Positions 63,789-64,000 of a stretch of DNA of 64,000 bases are shown piece by piece. The translations under genes and the position numbers were made by a program. Where the stretch lies: contig JAANOX010000111.1 of the NCBI GenBank assembly GCA_020184695.1, forward strand, positions 182,596-246,595, in the 5' to 3' direction. Position 1 is the first letter of the stretch. Each line of letters starts with the position of its first letter. The stretch comes from Histomonas meleagridis 2922-C6/04-290x. Taxonomy: Eukaryota; Protista; Parabasalia. The notes below the pieces were generated by a model. The model was not told the origin of the DNA and did no database searches. It saw only the letters and a list, made by a program, of their open reading frames with translations.

Positions 63789-64000
63789 ACAATTTTCCAT
63801 TGACACTATTTTATTTTTCAATTTAATTTTGTTTCAATTTAAATATAAAATGTATACAATTTTGTTTAACGTTAATTCACGTTATCTTTTTCTTTTTATT
63901 GACAACTGGAGCGAACAGGAAAATATTTTATCAATTTATTTATCTTCGCCATTGTCATGGCTTTTTCCTTATTTGTGTATGGGTGACGTTTTTTTAAATT

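Noticed and set aside
1-64000. Spliceosomal introns, tRNA/rRNA genes and transposons
   Set aside because: I saw no trichomonad ACTAACACACAG-type 3' intron motif, no cloverleaf with a paired T-arm, and no transposase, integrase or terminal inverted repeats. A manual scan can miss short or degenerate cases.

Overview
AT-rich, gene-dense, apparently intron-free eukaryotic DNA, most likely a parabasalid (Tritrichomonas/Histomonas/Trichomonas-like). This is inferred from Inr-like TCAY motifs just upstream of ATGs, Myb-type ACGGTT and CCTTT core-promoter motifs, DUF3447/ankyrin-type genes and the actinin sequence. About 40 genes: trafficking (Vps15, HID1/dymeclin-like, syntaxin-16-like, two Arl8-like copies, C2 protein), two importin-beta-family genes, proteasome (beta2, PAC2), ribosome biogenesis (MAK16, Rrp46-like, RPL37, Utp-like WD40), CapZ beta, actinin, an AAA ATPase, two sugar transporters, and several surface or secreted proteins, some bacterial-like. 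No rRNA, tRNA, CRISPR array or recognisable transposon was found. I found no clearly new multi-gene system. The most unusual signals are: (1) a gene-length direct duplication of Arl8 bracketing an importin-beta gene; (2) steep GC/CpG (NCG codon) enrichment restricted to the 3' ends of several genes, often convergent pairs; (3) a recurring GGG(C/T)GCCCT element 12-17 nt upstream of three start codons; (4) candidate lateral transfers (DUF5057-like, cupin, saponin-hydrolase-like); and (5) several disrupted genes whose small lesions mostly look like single-base losses, possibly assembly error. All family assignments come from motif recall, not database searches.
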